The notes beneath the pieces were generated by a model. It did no database searches and had not been told where the DNA came from. It worked only from the letters and a program-made list of their open reading frames with translations. The translations under genes were made by a program, and so were the position numbers. Source: Curvularia clavata (Eukaryota). From it: DNA of 64,000 nt. Where the stretch lies: contig CP089281.1 of NCBI GenBank assembly GCA_023920165.1, forward strand, positions 868,001 through 932,000, written 5' to 3'. Shown here piece by piece: positions 10,189 to 21,919 of the stretch (positions within the stretch are counted from its first letter, which is position 1; each line of letters begins with the position of its first letter).

Positions 10189-13100
10189 ATGATGACCACT
10201 CCTCCATCAAACGGGACCAGCGAAAACGAGTCGGCGACTGCACAGACAGATGAAGAGCAAAGATATATATCAAAGGTTGGCTGGAAAGGTTTGTTTGCAT
10301 TCACTACAAGACAGCATATACCGGTAGTAATAGGCGGCATCGTGTCAACAACGGTCGCCGCGCTCACAATGCCCACATTTGCCATCGTCTACGGGTTCAT
10401 TTTCGAACAGTATACACTGTACGGTGCCGGATCAGTCGACAACCACACGCTCATGAGCAATATGTCGCGGTACTGCGTAGTACTTGCGGCCATCTGCGCG
10501 CTTAACTGGGCTTCAAATAGTTTCCATTATTTCTGCTTCCTTACGTTCAGCGAGCTCCAGGCGCGAAGCGCTCGCAACAAGATCTTTAATGCACTCATCG
10601 AGAAAGATATGGCGTGGTTTGACACACGAAGCATTGGCATGGCTGCATTCCTACCGACAGTTCGAGCGTAAGTGGCTCAACGAAAAGCAAACGGCACTCA
10701 TACCGAGCTGACAAAGCCCAGATACATCGATGAACTGCAGCTCTCGGTATCAGCACCCCTAGGTGAAACATTCCAAGCATCGATAGAGATCCTCGCATCA
10801 CTCGTAGTTGCTTTCTACTTGTCTTGGAAGTTAACTCTGGTCCTCATCAGTGGCTTCCCAATTCTCTACTTGATTGCGGCATTGATTGAGAATCGACAAT
10901 CGCTTTGCGCACACCAGCAATCCGAAAAGCTTCACTCCGCACTCAAGTACATCACGACGGCAATCTCCAGCATTGAGACGGTTAAATGTTTCAACGGAGA
11001 ACAATATGAGCTCCGCAACTTCAAAACCGCCGCTGGTCTTGCAGCACGTTTGTACAGGAGCGTAGCCAACTTTCGTTCCATGCAGATTGGCCTCATGCAA
11101 TTTTTCACCATCAGCATATTTGTCCAGGGCTTTTGGTATGGCAAGCGCCTAGTTGACACGGGAGAAGGTAGCGCCGCAGATATCCTGACAACATTCTGGG
11201 CAGTCCTCATGGCCATGTCCGGCTTGTCAGCAGCGATGCCACAGTTGATAGTTTTGACCAAGGGTCGGGTAGCAGGTGCAAACTTGGCTATGCTTGTGAA
11301 GCAGATACCCGCGTGTGACCAGCAGCTAGAGTTGCAAGGTCAGACTAAACCTAAGCGGTGTATTGGTGATATTGAGTTCAAGAAGGTATGAGCTTCTTCA
11401 CCACATGGTAGAAAACCGCTGACGGAACAGGTGACCTTTTCGTACCCTTCTCGAACCAAAGATGTAGCAATCCGCGATGTTTCGATATTCATACCAGCGG
11501 GAGAGACGACTTTTGTAATCGGTAAAAGCGGTTCCGGAAAGAGCACCCTTGGTCAGCTTCTTGTACGATTCTACCAGCCTTCTTCAGGTGAAATTATCCT
11601 TGATGGTACCTCACTTGAACAATTGGATGTTCAATGGCTAAGAAGCAATATTACACTTGTAGAGCAGCACAGTGTGCTCTTTAACGACACCATTTGCAAC
11701 AACATTGCTATGGGAAAGCCAGACGAGACACTCCATATGTGGGACATTCTGGATACTATCAAATTCTCCATGTTGGAAGAGGTCATGCGAGGGCTTCCCG
11801 ATGGGCTTGATACTAAACTTGGTGCCAATGGCGGTTCCTTGAGCGGCGGCCAAAGGCAAAGGCTGGCATTGGCACGAGCAAAGATTCGGGATACACCTGT
11901 CCTTATCCTCGACGAGTCTACAAGTGCGCTCGACTGTTTTACGAGAGCGGAGATATTTGAGTCGATACGATCATGGAGAAAGGGAAAAACTACACTCGTA
12001 ATCACTCACGACATCTCACAGATCGAGTTCACGGATTTTGTTTACCTGCTAAGTAATGGTGAAGTGGTACAGGAGGGGTATAGAAAGGATCTCGAGACTC
12101 AAAATGGGTTTTTCCAGGATTTTCTTAACTCGCTTAAAGAGGAGAACGAAGATGAACTGAAGGAATATGCTCATGATGTGCATAGCTGGAGCTCATATCT
12201 CGAAGAGAATCGTCTATCTCGAGCATCGAATCGACACTCATTCGTTACGAGACGTAGGTCGATCAAAAGGCCTCAAGGATATGAAGTAGATCAAGCCGAT
12301 ATCTGGTCAAAGGAATTTCGCCTCAGTTTAGATTCTCTGGGTTGGCAGCGAATGTCACAGTGCGAATCAGATCAACGCGACATTTCGCTCTCAAAAGAAG
12401 TTGGCTGGCGACCAAAATCCATACTATCGGTGCAATCCCCATCCAGTAGTCGTCCGTACTCGCAGGCATTTCCGACACCCAACTCTCTTCCCCCAAGACC
12501 AGAGTCACGCAAAGGACATCAGAGGCATGATCAGATTCTCTCCAAAATCCGACACAAAGCTGTATCGGACGAAGACGACAATTCAACAGACTCACTTTCC
12601 ATCCAGGAGATCCTGTTGTCAGTCTGGCCCGCGGTGAATTGGCGCTCCCGCGCAATGATATGCGGAGCTTTCATTTGCACCGTCATCCATTCCGTCTGCA
12701 CGCCTCTCTTCGCATGGGTGTTTGCACAGCTCCTGGGTACATTCCAGGAGCCAGCTTCACAGGGGAATAACAAAGCACGCAACTTTGCCCTCGCAATCCT
12801 AGCCGTCGCCACCGCCGACGGTCTCTCAAAATACCTCATGTTCTTCCTCTCCGACTCAGTCGCACAAGCATGGAGTCTATCGCTCAAAACAGAAGCTATG
12901 CGGCGCATTCTCATGCAGCCACGTGAGTTCTTCGACAAAGAAGAGAACAGTACCTTGCGGCTTGCCGAGACACTGGACCACTTTGCTGAAGAAGCGAGAA
13001 ATCTACCCGGGCGCTTCGCTTGCATTGTTTCGGCCATTATGCTCATGATCGCCATCTCTATAGTGTGGAGCATGGTTATCTCATGGAAACTGGCGCTTGT

Positions 13101-14394
13101 GGCACTTGCCATGGGCCCGATTCTCTTCGCAATCACAAAGTGCAACAATATGATCAGTAACCGGTGGGAGAAGCTGTCAAGCGAAGCTGACGACAAGGTT
13201 GGCGAGATACTGAATGAGACATTCATCAATATCAGAACAGTCCGATGTCTGGGGTTGGAAAACCACTTTCGGACAAAGTATAAAGATGCGACGACCACAT
13301 CAGTCAGAGTGGGCATCAAGCGTGCCATCTATTGTGGTTCTACCTACGGCCTGGCCTTCACCAGTGTCATCTTCCTTGCTATCCTCATGTACTGGTATGG
13401 CGCACTACTCATGTCCCGAGGAGAGCATACCGCAAACACAGTCCAAGCATGCTTCTTGATCCTCATGATGAGCGTCAACTACGTCAGCTCCCTTGCCCAA
13501 TGGATCACACAAATCAACATCTCTCGTAACGCCGGTACACGGCTGCTCCGCCTGGCACGCCTTCCTACCAACTCGCATGAACTAGTTGGCCACGTCCCCA
13601 TTCAGTCCGTCGGCACCATCAGTTTCAAAAACGTCACCTTCACATACCCAACCCGCAAGGATGTCCCTGTCCTCAAAAATGTATCCTTCACCATCCCCCA
13701 AGGAAGCTGCACCGCCATCGTCGGCTCCTCTGGCTCAGGGAAATCCACAATCGCTTCTCTCCTTCTCAAACTCTACCAAACAGATCAACCTTATCTCTCC
13801 TGGTGCACCAGCAGACTAAGCATATCCAATCACGAGATCAAGAGTCTTCACACACCCTCGCTACGCTCCCGCATAGCACTCGTGTCACAAACTCCCGTGA
13901 TCTTCCCTGGAACCATTGCTCAAAACATTGTGTACGGACTCTCTCCTTCCTCACCTGAAGCCAGCATTGATAGCATACGCGCTGCAGCTGACGCAGCAGG
14001 TATATCCGACTTCATCGACAGCCTGTCCCAAGGATACAATACACTCATTGGCGACGGTGGTACCGGCCTCTCAGGAGGCCAAGCCCAGCGCCTAGCTATT
14101 GCACGAGCACTTGTCCGAAAGCCCGATGTTCTCGTCTTGGACGAGGCGACAAGTGCGCTGGATGTGACGTCTGCGAACGTGATTCGAGAGACGGTGCTGA
14201 GACTTGTTGGACGAGCGCGTCAGGGACGTGGGATTACGGTTGTTGTTATCACGCATGCGAGGGAGATGATGGCGATTGCGGAGCATGTTGTTGTGCTGGA
14301 TCAGGGAAGGGTGGTGGAGCAGGGGAGTTTTCAGGAATTGAGAAATAGACGAGGTGGGGCTTTTGGGAAGATGCTGAGAGGGGAGATGATGTAG
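10189..14394 (+). CDS. STE6: Full-size ABCB transporter, Ste6/Hst6-like lipopeptide (a-factor type) pheromone exporter
   Basis: TMD-NBD-TMD-NBD layout. Walker A GKSGSGKST and GSSGSGKST, two LSGGQ signatures, Walker B ILDES and VLDEA. N-terminal VGWKGLFAFTT motif as in fungal Ste6 homologues. Introns 10668-10721 and 11386-11430 restore the frame. The Ste6 call over generic MDR is from family recognition. Confidence 0.8.
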
Positions 14395-15172
14395 TTAATT
14401 GCCGTGGTAGAGTTATTGCGAAATGATGCGATTTTTGCTTAATGAATCTAATATTCGTAAGCTTTAAAGACTTGCTTGAGTGGTTTGCTGAACTGCTTTG
14501 ATCTGCCAAGCATGCCTCACTGAATAAAGGGTATACGGTTTTCACGAAGAGACTAAGTTCAAAAAGCAGGTCGTATACATTCTGTGGACTGTGGCTATAG
14601 AAAATCCGAAAATACCTCGTAGAACTATTGACTTCGTAAATGCCATGTAAACAGCATCCTAGAAGGGCTGAAAACTCATCAGGAAGGCATTCAAAGGACA
14701 TATACAAAAGTCTTTCTAGCTCTCCCGCCTCGTATAATAAACATTGGTTGTTGCAATTTGATTGGAGATCAGTGCGGAAAGGAAAAGACACAGAGATAAA
14801 AGCAAGCTTTCCCGCAAAGGTGCGCACTTGGATCAGTGTGATAGGGTCGCGAGAAAATTTTTGACAACCCTGAATTAGTCGTTAGGCGTAGCGACAGTTG
14901 TGAGGATGACCCGAAGTAGGTCTGAATAAACAGTCGTGCTCCGTAAGAACAAGAGGTCCGAGGCTGCGATTGAGTATGTCAGTCGACTATGACACGCTTC
15001 ATGTCAGGGGAAGCTTCTCAAATCGCTGCATAAACAACGTCTGCTCTGCTCAAGCCCTTGCATGTGCTAGTGCCTCGTTTTTTCGGTTGCATTTAGCCTT
15101 CCGGTTCAAACGCTCATGATGGTGATGGGAGTTGTGACTAATGCGTCTCTGTTGACGCTTGTTGGCCAACGT

Positions 15173-16582
15173 CTAGTTTGGCTCCCACAGTTTTCGCCTG
15201 TTACCGCCCCGAGCCGGACCCGTCTTTGGAGCTGGACGAGAGAAGGAGTTTGGATCGAGTGGTGCATTGGGGTCGTGACGAGGAGCTGGCGGGGCTCGGA
15301 AGGTCGGGCCTGGGGGGACGTATGCGCCGCGCGGCGCAAAGTTACCACGGCCTCGGAAGGGCGGCGCGCCGCGACCACGAGGCGGTGCATGGCCGCCGCG
15401 TCCACCGCGTGGAGATTGCTGTTGGTTTGTGCGTGCAAAATCGTTGGGATCGAAAACACGTTGGTTGGTGTTGGTAGTTGCTGATGGCCCCCGAGGGGCG
15501 CGCTTGAAGAGCACTTCATCCTCATCGTCGGACATTTCCTCGGCTCTGGTCTCGTTTGCGGGGCTGGATTTGGGTCGCTCCGCTGCTTTGGTAGCGGTCG
15601 GAGCGCTGCTCTTGGCCGCAGATGCCTCGACTTCAAGCTTGTGAATAGTCAAATGGTTTTTGTATTCACGGTCTTCGCGAGCGACGGCGTCTCGCAACTG
15701 TTCGAGGCGCTTAGCGCGAATGCCGAATTTCTGGGCGATAGTCTGCTTGGCAGGATCATTCGTGAGAAGAATGAAGGATTCGAGGGCGGCATCCGGATTG
15801 CCCTCCTGGTTGATGCGCCATAAGATATGGTTGAAGAGGGGTTGGAGGTAGACCGGCACAGGGCCCTTGCTCGTCTTTCCAGAGCGAGGTGCACCAGCGC
15901 TGCTACGAGCGGCACGGTCGGGAGAGTTGCCAATCAAAGCGGCTGCCTTGTTGGCGTGTGCAACTCGGTGGGCATGCTTGGTGCTTTTCGTAGGGGATGA
16001 GGCTGGTGATTCTGGTGTCTTTGACATGTCGTCGAAGCTGTGGGTTGAGCTCATCGAGGTCTCGTCGGACATGTCGAGGGCGTTGAAGGAACTTTCGAGG
16101 TCTTCGTGGTAATCATCGTCGTCGGACTCGCTGTCTTCCATGGAGAGCAGGGTCTCTGGGAGTAGGAATTGCTCCACTTCCGCCCATGTGGGGTATGCCT
16201 CGTCGACGCCTTCGAGCTGGACGCGGGCTGCGGTGTCGTTGGACGTGACCTCGTCGAGCCACTTGACGGCTTCGCGTGCGTCTGCGTTGATGCGCTCGGC
16301 GCCATTCTTGAGGCGATGGAGTTGGGTGAGAGCTTGTTCTCGTGTTAGCGCGGGAGCAAGGAAGCGGCAATGCTGTTATCGCCTACTGTGCAGCGGGACA
16401 AAGAGGCGGATGGCGTCCTGGGAAATCCACTTGCGGATACCGTCGCGCGTGCTCTTCTTGACGCCGGCGATGAGGGCAGTGTCGTCGACGATACAGTTGA
16501 ATACTTTGCGCTTGGGCGGCTCGGGGGCGCGCATGGCCAAGTCAGGCTTACTGGGCCGCGAGGGAAAGGTGCTGCGACGCAT
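15173..16582 (-). CDS. PIN-like domain protein with acidic insertion and RGG-rich C-terminus (possible Nmd4/SMG-type RNA-decay factor)
   Basis: FNCIVDDTALIAG...IRLFVPLH, intron 16333-16386, TLTQLHRLK...AREAVKWLD, later FILLTND...KFGI. These are PIN-type strands with conserved Asp. Tail has RGGRGG and RGRG repeats. Start uncertain (16582 or the next Met near 16533). Confidence 0.7.
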
Positions 16583-17067
16583 GTTGGGGGGGCGCCCTGT
16601 TGGCGATGGTGTGTTTGGTCGCAGCGATGGGGGATTGGGTGGAGTGCGGGCGAAGGCGAGGCGGGATATTGTTGCTTCTGGGTAAGAACCACGGGTCCGG
16701 CTTGCGCTGGTATTATGGGCGGCTTTGTTGGGTGTCGCAACAATCCATTCGTAGCGGCGCAATGTTTCAAGGCGAGCGCATGGTATTTGCGCTGGGTTGT
16801 GGCGGCGCAGAAGCGAGTGAGTCAGGCTGGGTCATGACGCTGCGCATCATGAATGGTTTGGTGTGACTGTCGCGGTTGGGCAGGTGAGGTTCGGGCCCGC
16901 AGCACCCAGTGATGATGAGGTGCTCGCGCCAAGTGGGGATGCGCCACACAGCCACATTCATATCGACTCTACAACATCAAGGCAGCCATATTTCACGCTC
17001 AAGACCGCACAATGAATTATATTTGTGGCTTGTCTGGAGGCTTACAGAGGCAGAGGACACGGATAAC

Positions 17068-18072
17068 TCAGTAGCTCTCCACCTCATTGCCGCGAGCACT
17101 GCTCATGTCTGGCATCCACCCCTTGGGACGCTCGTTTCCACGCACAGTGAGACCGTACAGCCCCTTCTCAACCTTGTCGACACACTCCCGCATCACAGGC
17201 ATCTTCTTGGTCTCGAGCTCAGCCGCAAACTTGGACCCGCCAGGTACCTCAAACATCTCAAGCTGCAGCCGGACCGCCCTCAAGTCATCCAAGACATTTC
17301 TTGGTTTTTGCATCTCGCTTGGAGCTGGCGTCTGTTCATCAATATCCATCTTGTCGCCACCATCCTCCTGTTCATGGCCTTGCTTCTGTCTCTTGTTTGA
17401 GTCTGCCTGTTTGCCGCATGGCAGTTTTCCGTTAGTGGCCATGCTTGTGACGGCGAATCGCATGAGCTCGCCAGTCATGTCACAGACACCTAAGATGTAG
17501 TCCTCAGGCGTAAAGGAAATGGTTCCCGCTTCGCCGCTCATGGCTGCGATTCGTGACTTTGCCTCGTCATACGAGATGAGCGACTGGGTTTCCAGGTAAT
17601 GTTGAAAGCTGAGCGCCTCCATGAACTCTTGATTTCCGCCTGTAATGTTATGGGAGTACCGATAAGCATTGAGACCTTGGAGATCGGCAGCGATAGTCTT
17701 GTATCGATCCTTAATTGTCTCCCAGTACTCGGCATTCTTCTTGGTGACCCAGGGCGGTAGTGCTTGGCCGACAGCCCGGACTCTAATCAGGTCAGATGAT
17801 TACATGGATGCTATTATGTGGTAAATCCCACCTCTGAAGGGTGAAGATGCTATCGGAATGTTAGTAGTTAATCAAACTTGTTTTGAAAATATTCAATACA
17901 TCTTCTTGCTTGACGCGGTGATGTCGCGCGATGCCTTGATGATCCTTTCTCGGCGATCGTGATGCTCGTCCAGCTCTGCACGAAATCCCTCGAACATGCC
18001 CACGAAAGGCGACGACGACTGTTCTGGCTTTTCGTCGGCCATGTTTCCTTCTCTTGGTCGTTTGAGCCCCAT
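17068..18072 (-). CDS. Translin-associated factor X (TRAX), translin family
   Basis: Spliced product FRAELDEHHDRRERIIKASRDITASSKKI-IFTLQR-VR...GNQEFMEALSF...DYILGVCDMTGELMRFA...KKMPVMRECVDKVE. Includes an 18-nt micro-exon at 17832-17849. Confidence 0.9.
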
Positions 18073-18330
18073 TGGTCTGCCTGGTAATGCCTTGTAGACG
18101 TTAAGCAGATGCTGCGACTATCCGCTAGCGCACGCTATCACGTGTGAGCTAGCTAGAGCGCATCTGGACTAGCTCCAGTCGGCTGCCCTTGCATGTTGCG
18201 GAAGCCAACGTCTCCTATCCAGTTGGCCTTGACTGATCCACCAACCGTTCCAGTGTTGTCCCGTACTTCATTTTCTTTTCCGCTGTTTTCTCTCTGAGCC
18301 ACTGTAGGGTTTCTGCCCTTCAATGACGCA

Positions 18331-19683
18331 ATGGCTCTTTCCTCTTTTTTCCGCAGTCCAATCTTGGTTTTCACGACATCCATCATCTTGCGTGCCGTCT
18401 TCCTCATTTATGGGCTCTGGCAAGATGCCAATTCTCCAATGAAGTACACAGATATCGACTACTACGTCTTCACTGATGCAGCACGTTATATCTCACGTGG
18501 ACAACCGCCCTATGCACGGGACACGTATCGATATACGCCCCTTTTAGCATGGCTCATCTATCCTACCGTATGGTCTGGGAAGTTCTGGTTTTCTTTCGGA
18601 AAGGTTCTTTTCGCTGTTGGAGATGTAGCTACCGGATGGATGATGTTCCGCATTCTGAAAGAATATAAGAAGATGGGAGATGAACGGGCCCTGAAATTTG
18701 CGAGCATCTGGCTGCTGAATCCAATGGTAGCTACCATCAGCACAAGGGGTAGCTCTGAGGGATTATTGGGTGTCTTTGTCACAGCACTCTTGTGGGCAGT
18801 ACTGGCAAAGCAGATACCCCTGGCTGGCTTTCTACTAGGATTTGCCGTCCATTTCAAGATTTACCCATTCATCTACGCCGTCTCCATGGTTTGGTTCCTC
18901 GATGAGACTCAATTCGGTACCCCAAAAGCGGCCGGGTCGCAACAGTCACGGTCACTCTTTGGTTTGGTCCGAGGCTTCATCAATGCGTCCAGATTATCAC
19001 TGGCCTTTTACAGTCTCCTCACATTCACGCTTTTAAACCTTGTCATGTACCAGATGTACGGGTGGCCATTCCTCGAGCATAGCTACTTCTATCACTTGAT
19101 TCGCAGTGATCATCGGCACAACTTCTCGCCTTACAACACCTTGTTGTATCTCAATTCTTCGCCAAAAGCATCAGATTTCGAGTCAAGCTCAACATCATTC
19201 GAGCTCGAGCGACTTGCATTTCTTCCGCAGCTACTACTTAGCGCCGTATTCATACCACTAGCGCTGGCAAAAAGGGACTTACCAAACACAATGCTAGCGC
19301 AGACCTTTGCGTTTGTCACCTTCAACAAGGTGTGCACAAGTCAGGTAAGTCAAGCGACGCACTTCTGGTACAGCGTAGACTAATTGTACTAGTACTTTCT
19401 CTGGTACATGATGTTCCTTCCATACTATTTACCACAGTCGACCTTGCTGCAATCAGCCCCTATTGGTCTTTCTGCCCTTATTTTCTGGATTCTAGGCCAA
19501 GCTGCCTGGCTCCAGCAAGGTTTCCAGCTCGAGTTCAACGGACACTCGACGTTCGTCCCAGGGCTTTGGATCTCTAGTATGCTGTTCTTCCTCGTCAACA
19601 CTGGCATATTGAGTATCATCATCTATGATACAAAACAGAAAGCGATTCACGACGGTATTACACGCGAGAAAAAAAGGTCATAG
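18331..19683 (+). CDS. GPI14: GPI mannosyltransferase I (PIG-M/Gpi14)
   Basis: KYTDIDYYVFTDAAR, PYARDTYRYTPLLAW, ISTRGSSE, VHFKIYP, DHRHNFS and FVTFNKVCTSQ-YFLWY across intron 19345-19392. Confidence 0.95.
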
Positions 19684-19870
19684 TCATACTGGGTGACGCA
19701 TCCTTACATATTTTCAAAAGCATATTATATTCTTTTCACCTAATTATTACTTTGGTGTTGTGGTGGTAATTCATGACGCAGTGCATCTCCAACCTCTTAT
19801 TTATGCCCCCAGTTCCACCTCTATCCTATACAGACATTTCAAGGCAAACAGAAACCATCCCCTTCACCTG

Positions 19871-20308
19871 CTAGCTTTTCCTCTGTAACCACGGAATTTC
19901 CTCCTCGCACCAATCGCAGCGCGGCCACGGAGGCGGCAGCCCAGCATCCAGATACTCTTTACTCGCCAACCCATACGGATCTCTTCCGATGTGCAGCCCA
20001 TTCCAGTGGTCACGACGCTGCTGCAACAGCGTCGGACTTGCAGGCTCCATCTTTGTGTCTTTCTCCGTCTCTGTAGGCATCTCAAAACTCCTATCAGTGT
20101 TGGCATCAGAATCAACAGCGATTGCTCTAGACAAGGGAGTCTGGCGTGAAGACGCTTTTTTAGTTGGCGTGATTGGCGCTTTTTTCTGTCCATTCTGCCC
20201 TTGATACTGTTTTCGAAGGCTGGATATGCTGATCTCGTCCCCACTGCCTACGCTCACAGCATCCGACTTTCCACGGGTGCCCTGTTTCGTCGAGATCGGA
20301 AAAGGCAT
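19871..20308 (-). CDS. Small hypothetical protein (about 145 aa)
   Basis: ORF from ATG 20308 (MPFPISTKQG...) is hydrophilic and ends in a structured-looking GRDPYGLASKEYLDAGLPPPWPRCDWCEEEIPW. No family recognised. Confidence 0.4.
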   Translation of the reverse strand: MPFPISTKQGTRGKSDAVSVGSGDEISISSLRKQYQGQNGQKKAPITPTKKASSRQTPLSRAIAVDSDANTDRSFEMPTETEKDTKMEPASPTLLQQRRDHWNGLHIGRDPYGLASKEYLDAGLPPPWPRCDWCEEEIPWLQRKS

Positions 20309-20881
20309 AGTGCTGTTGGCGTTTTGCTGGGTGGAAGTATATCTTTTTTGTTGACGGCGAGGAGGCAGGTGATACGTCTTTGATATGGGACCTGATTTGG
20401 GCATCAAACAAGCCTTACTGTTATCAACAAGTACATCGGTTGTGGCTGTTTGTGTTGGGCACTCATGGGAGGCCGGCAAAGGCGGCGGTTGGGCCTTGAG
20501 CGTTTGCAACATGCTTGCTAATATTGTTCTGTGTCCAGAACAACGTACAATAAGTTTCCCCTTGCAAACGAGAGAGATTTTTTTTATCATTCTTCTTCAT
20601 TCAAAACATAACCGCTTCTTATGACTGAACCACGGTTCAAACGCATAAATCCGACTGTCTCTCTCACCATATCCCCTACTTTCCTATTTCGACATCTTGT
20701 GTCGTTCGAATGACTGTATCTCCATTTCGCCCACCCAGCACCTATCCCCAGGAGAAGAAATTCCCTCCACGACTCTCCCCCTTCCAGCTTGTTAAAATTA
20801 CAGCGACGAAGTTCCAACGCGTTACCAGTTCGCCGTTCCAATCGCCACCCCAATCACCACCTTCGCCATGATACTGAAAAC

Positions 20882-21181
20882 CTACCACCGCCCCTCCTTC
20901 TTCCACCACACCCCAAGTCCGCTCTGACGCAGCTCAGCGCGAGGAAGATGCACCATGCGCATCGCGCCTGGATCAAAGGCGGGGAAGACAGGAATCCAAA
21001 TCTCGTCTTCACCGCCGTCCTCTTGTGGTTTTGGGCGCTGCAGCTGGACTTGGTGGCGGGGAATGCGTGTTTTGAGTGGGCTGAGAAAGAGGGGAGGAGT
21101 GTAACGGTGGCGGAGAGCGAGGGCGAGAGGCGTGATGCGGTGGGGAGTGGTGTAGAGTGTGCGAAGAGGGAGTGAATACAT
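20882..21181 (-). CDS. Possible small hypothetical protein (99 aa)
   Basis: ATG-initiated ORF in a GC-richer island beside AT-rich DNA. N-terminus is Arg/Leu-rich and acid-free. No family recognised. Confidence 0.25.
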   Translation of the reverse strand: MYSLPLRTLYTTPHRITPLALALRHRYTPPLFLSPLKTRIPRHQVQLQRPKPQEDGGEDEIWIPVFPAFDPGAMRMVHLPRAELRQSGLGVWWKKEGRW

Positions 21182-21919
21182 ACTCGTAGGCTATATTGTG
21201 TTGGAATTTTAGATGATGGTATATGTGTGTGAATAGAAGGTTGCTTGAAGTTTTGTTCGAATCTGAGATATGAGAGAAGTGCGTTTGGTGAGGTGATGGT
21301 TTTTCAAGCGAGATATGTGCGTTTGGAGATGTGGATGTGGATGTGAAGGGTGAAAGTGAGATAGCTTGATTTAAATGGGCGTTTGCGGTTTTTTTTAAAA
21401 AAAAGCCAAATGGGAAAAGAGATAAAATATCTGATATTTGAAATATAGCAAAACTCGATTTGCTCGTTGTTTTATTGTACGAGTAGTACCTAGGATGAAC
21501 CGTGGTTGGCGGAAGTACTCGACTATGGCAAATACATGCTTGCCATAACATGCCCAACAGCAGCACTTCAACACTATGTAGTTGCCCAAAATACTCACAG
21601 CAATTTACGACTCCAACCAAATTAGCAATTTTCGTCAACTGAAGATTGAACATAATAAAAAGCCCTGTAGTTGCCACACATCACTAGTTTCCATCAAAGC
21701 CAGCAGTATACAAAAACAGAACAAGGTGTCGCTATTACTCGCGTACACTATATATCAAAATAGGTATCTAACAGTCCAATCCCATCCAGTAAGAGAAGAG
21801 AAAGAAAAAAAAAGAGAGAAAAAGCTCGCAACATATTTTGTACATATGACCCACTCCTTCTCAAAATTATATAAATAAACATCCCAACAATACAAGAAAA
21901 AAAAGAAAGAATGTGACTC

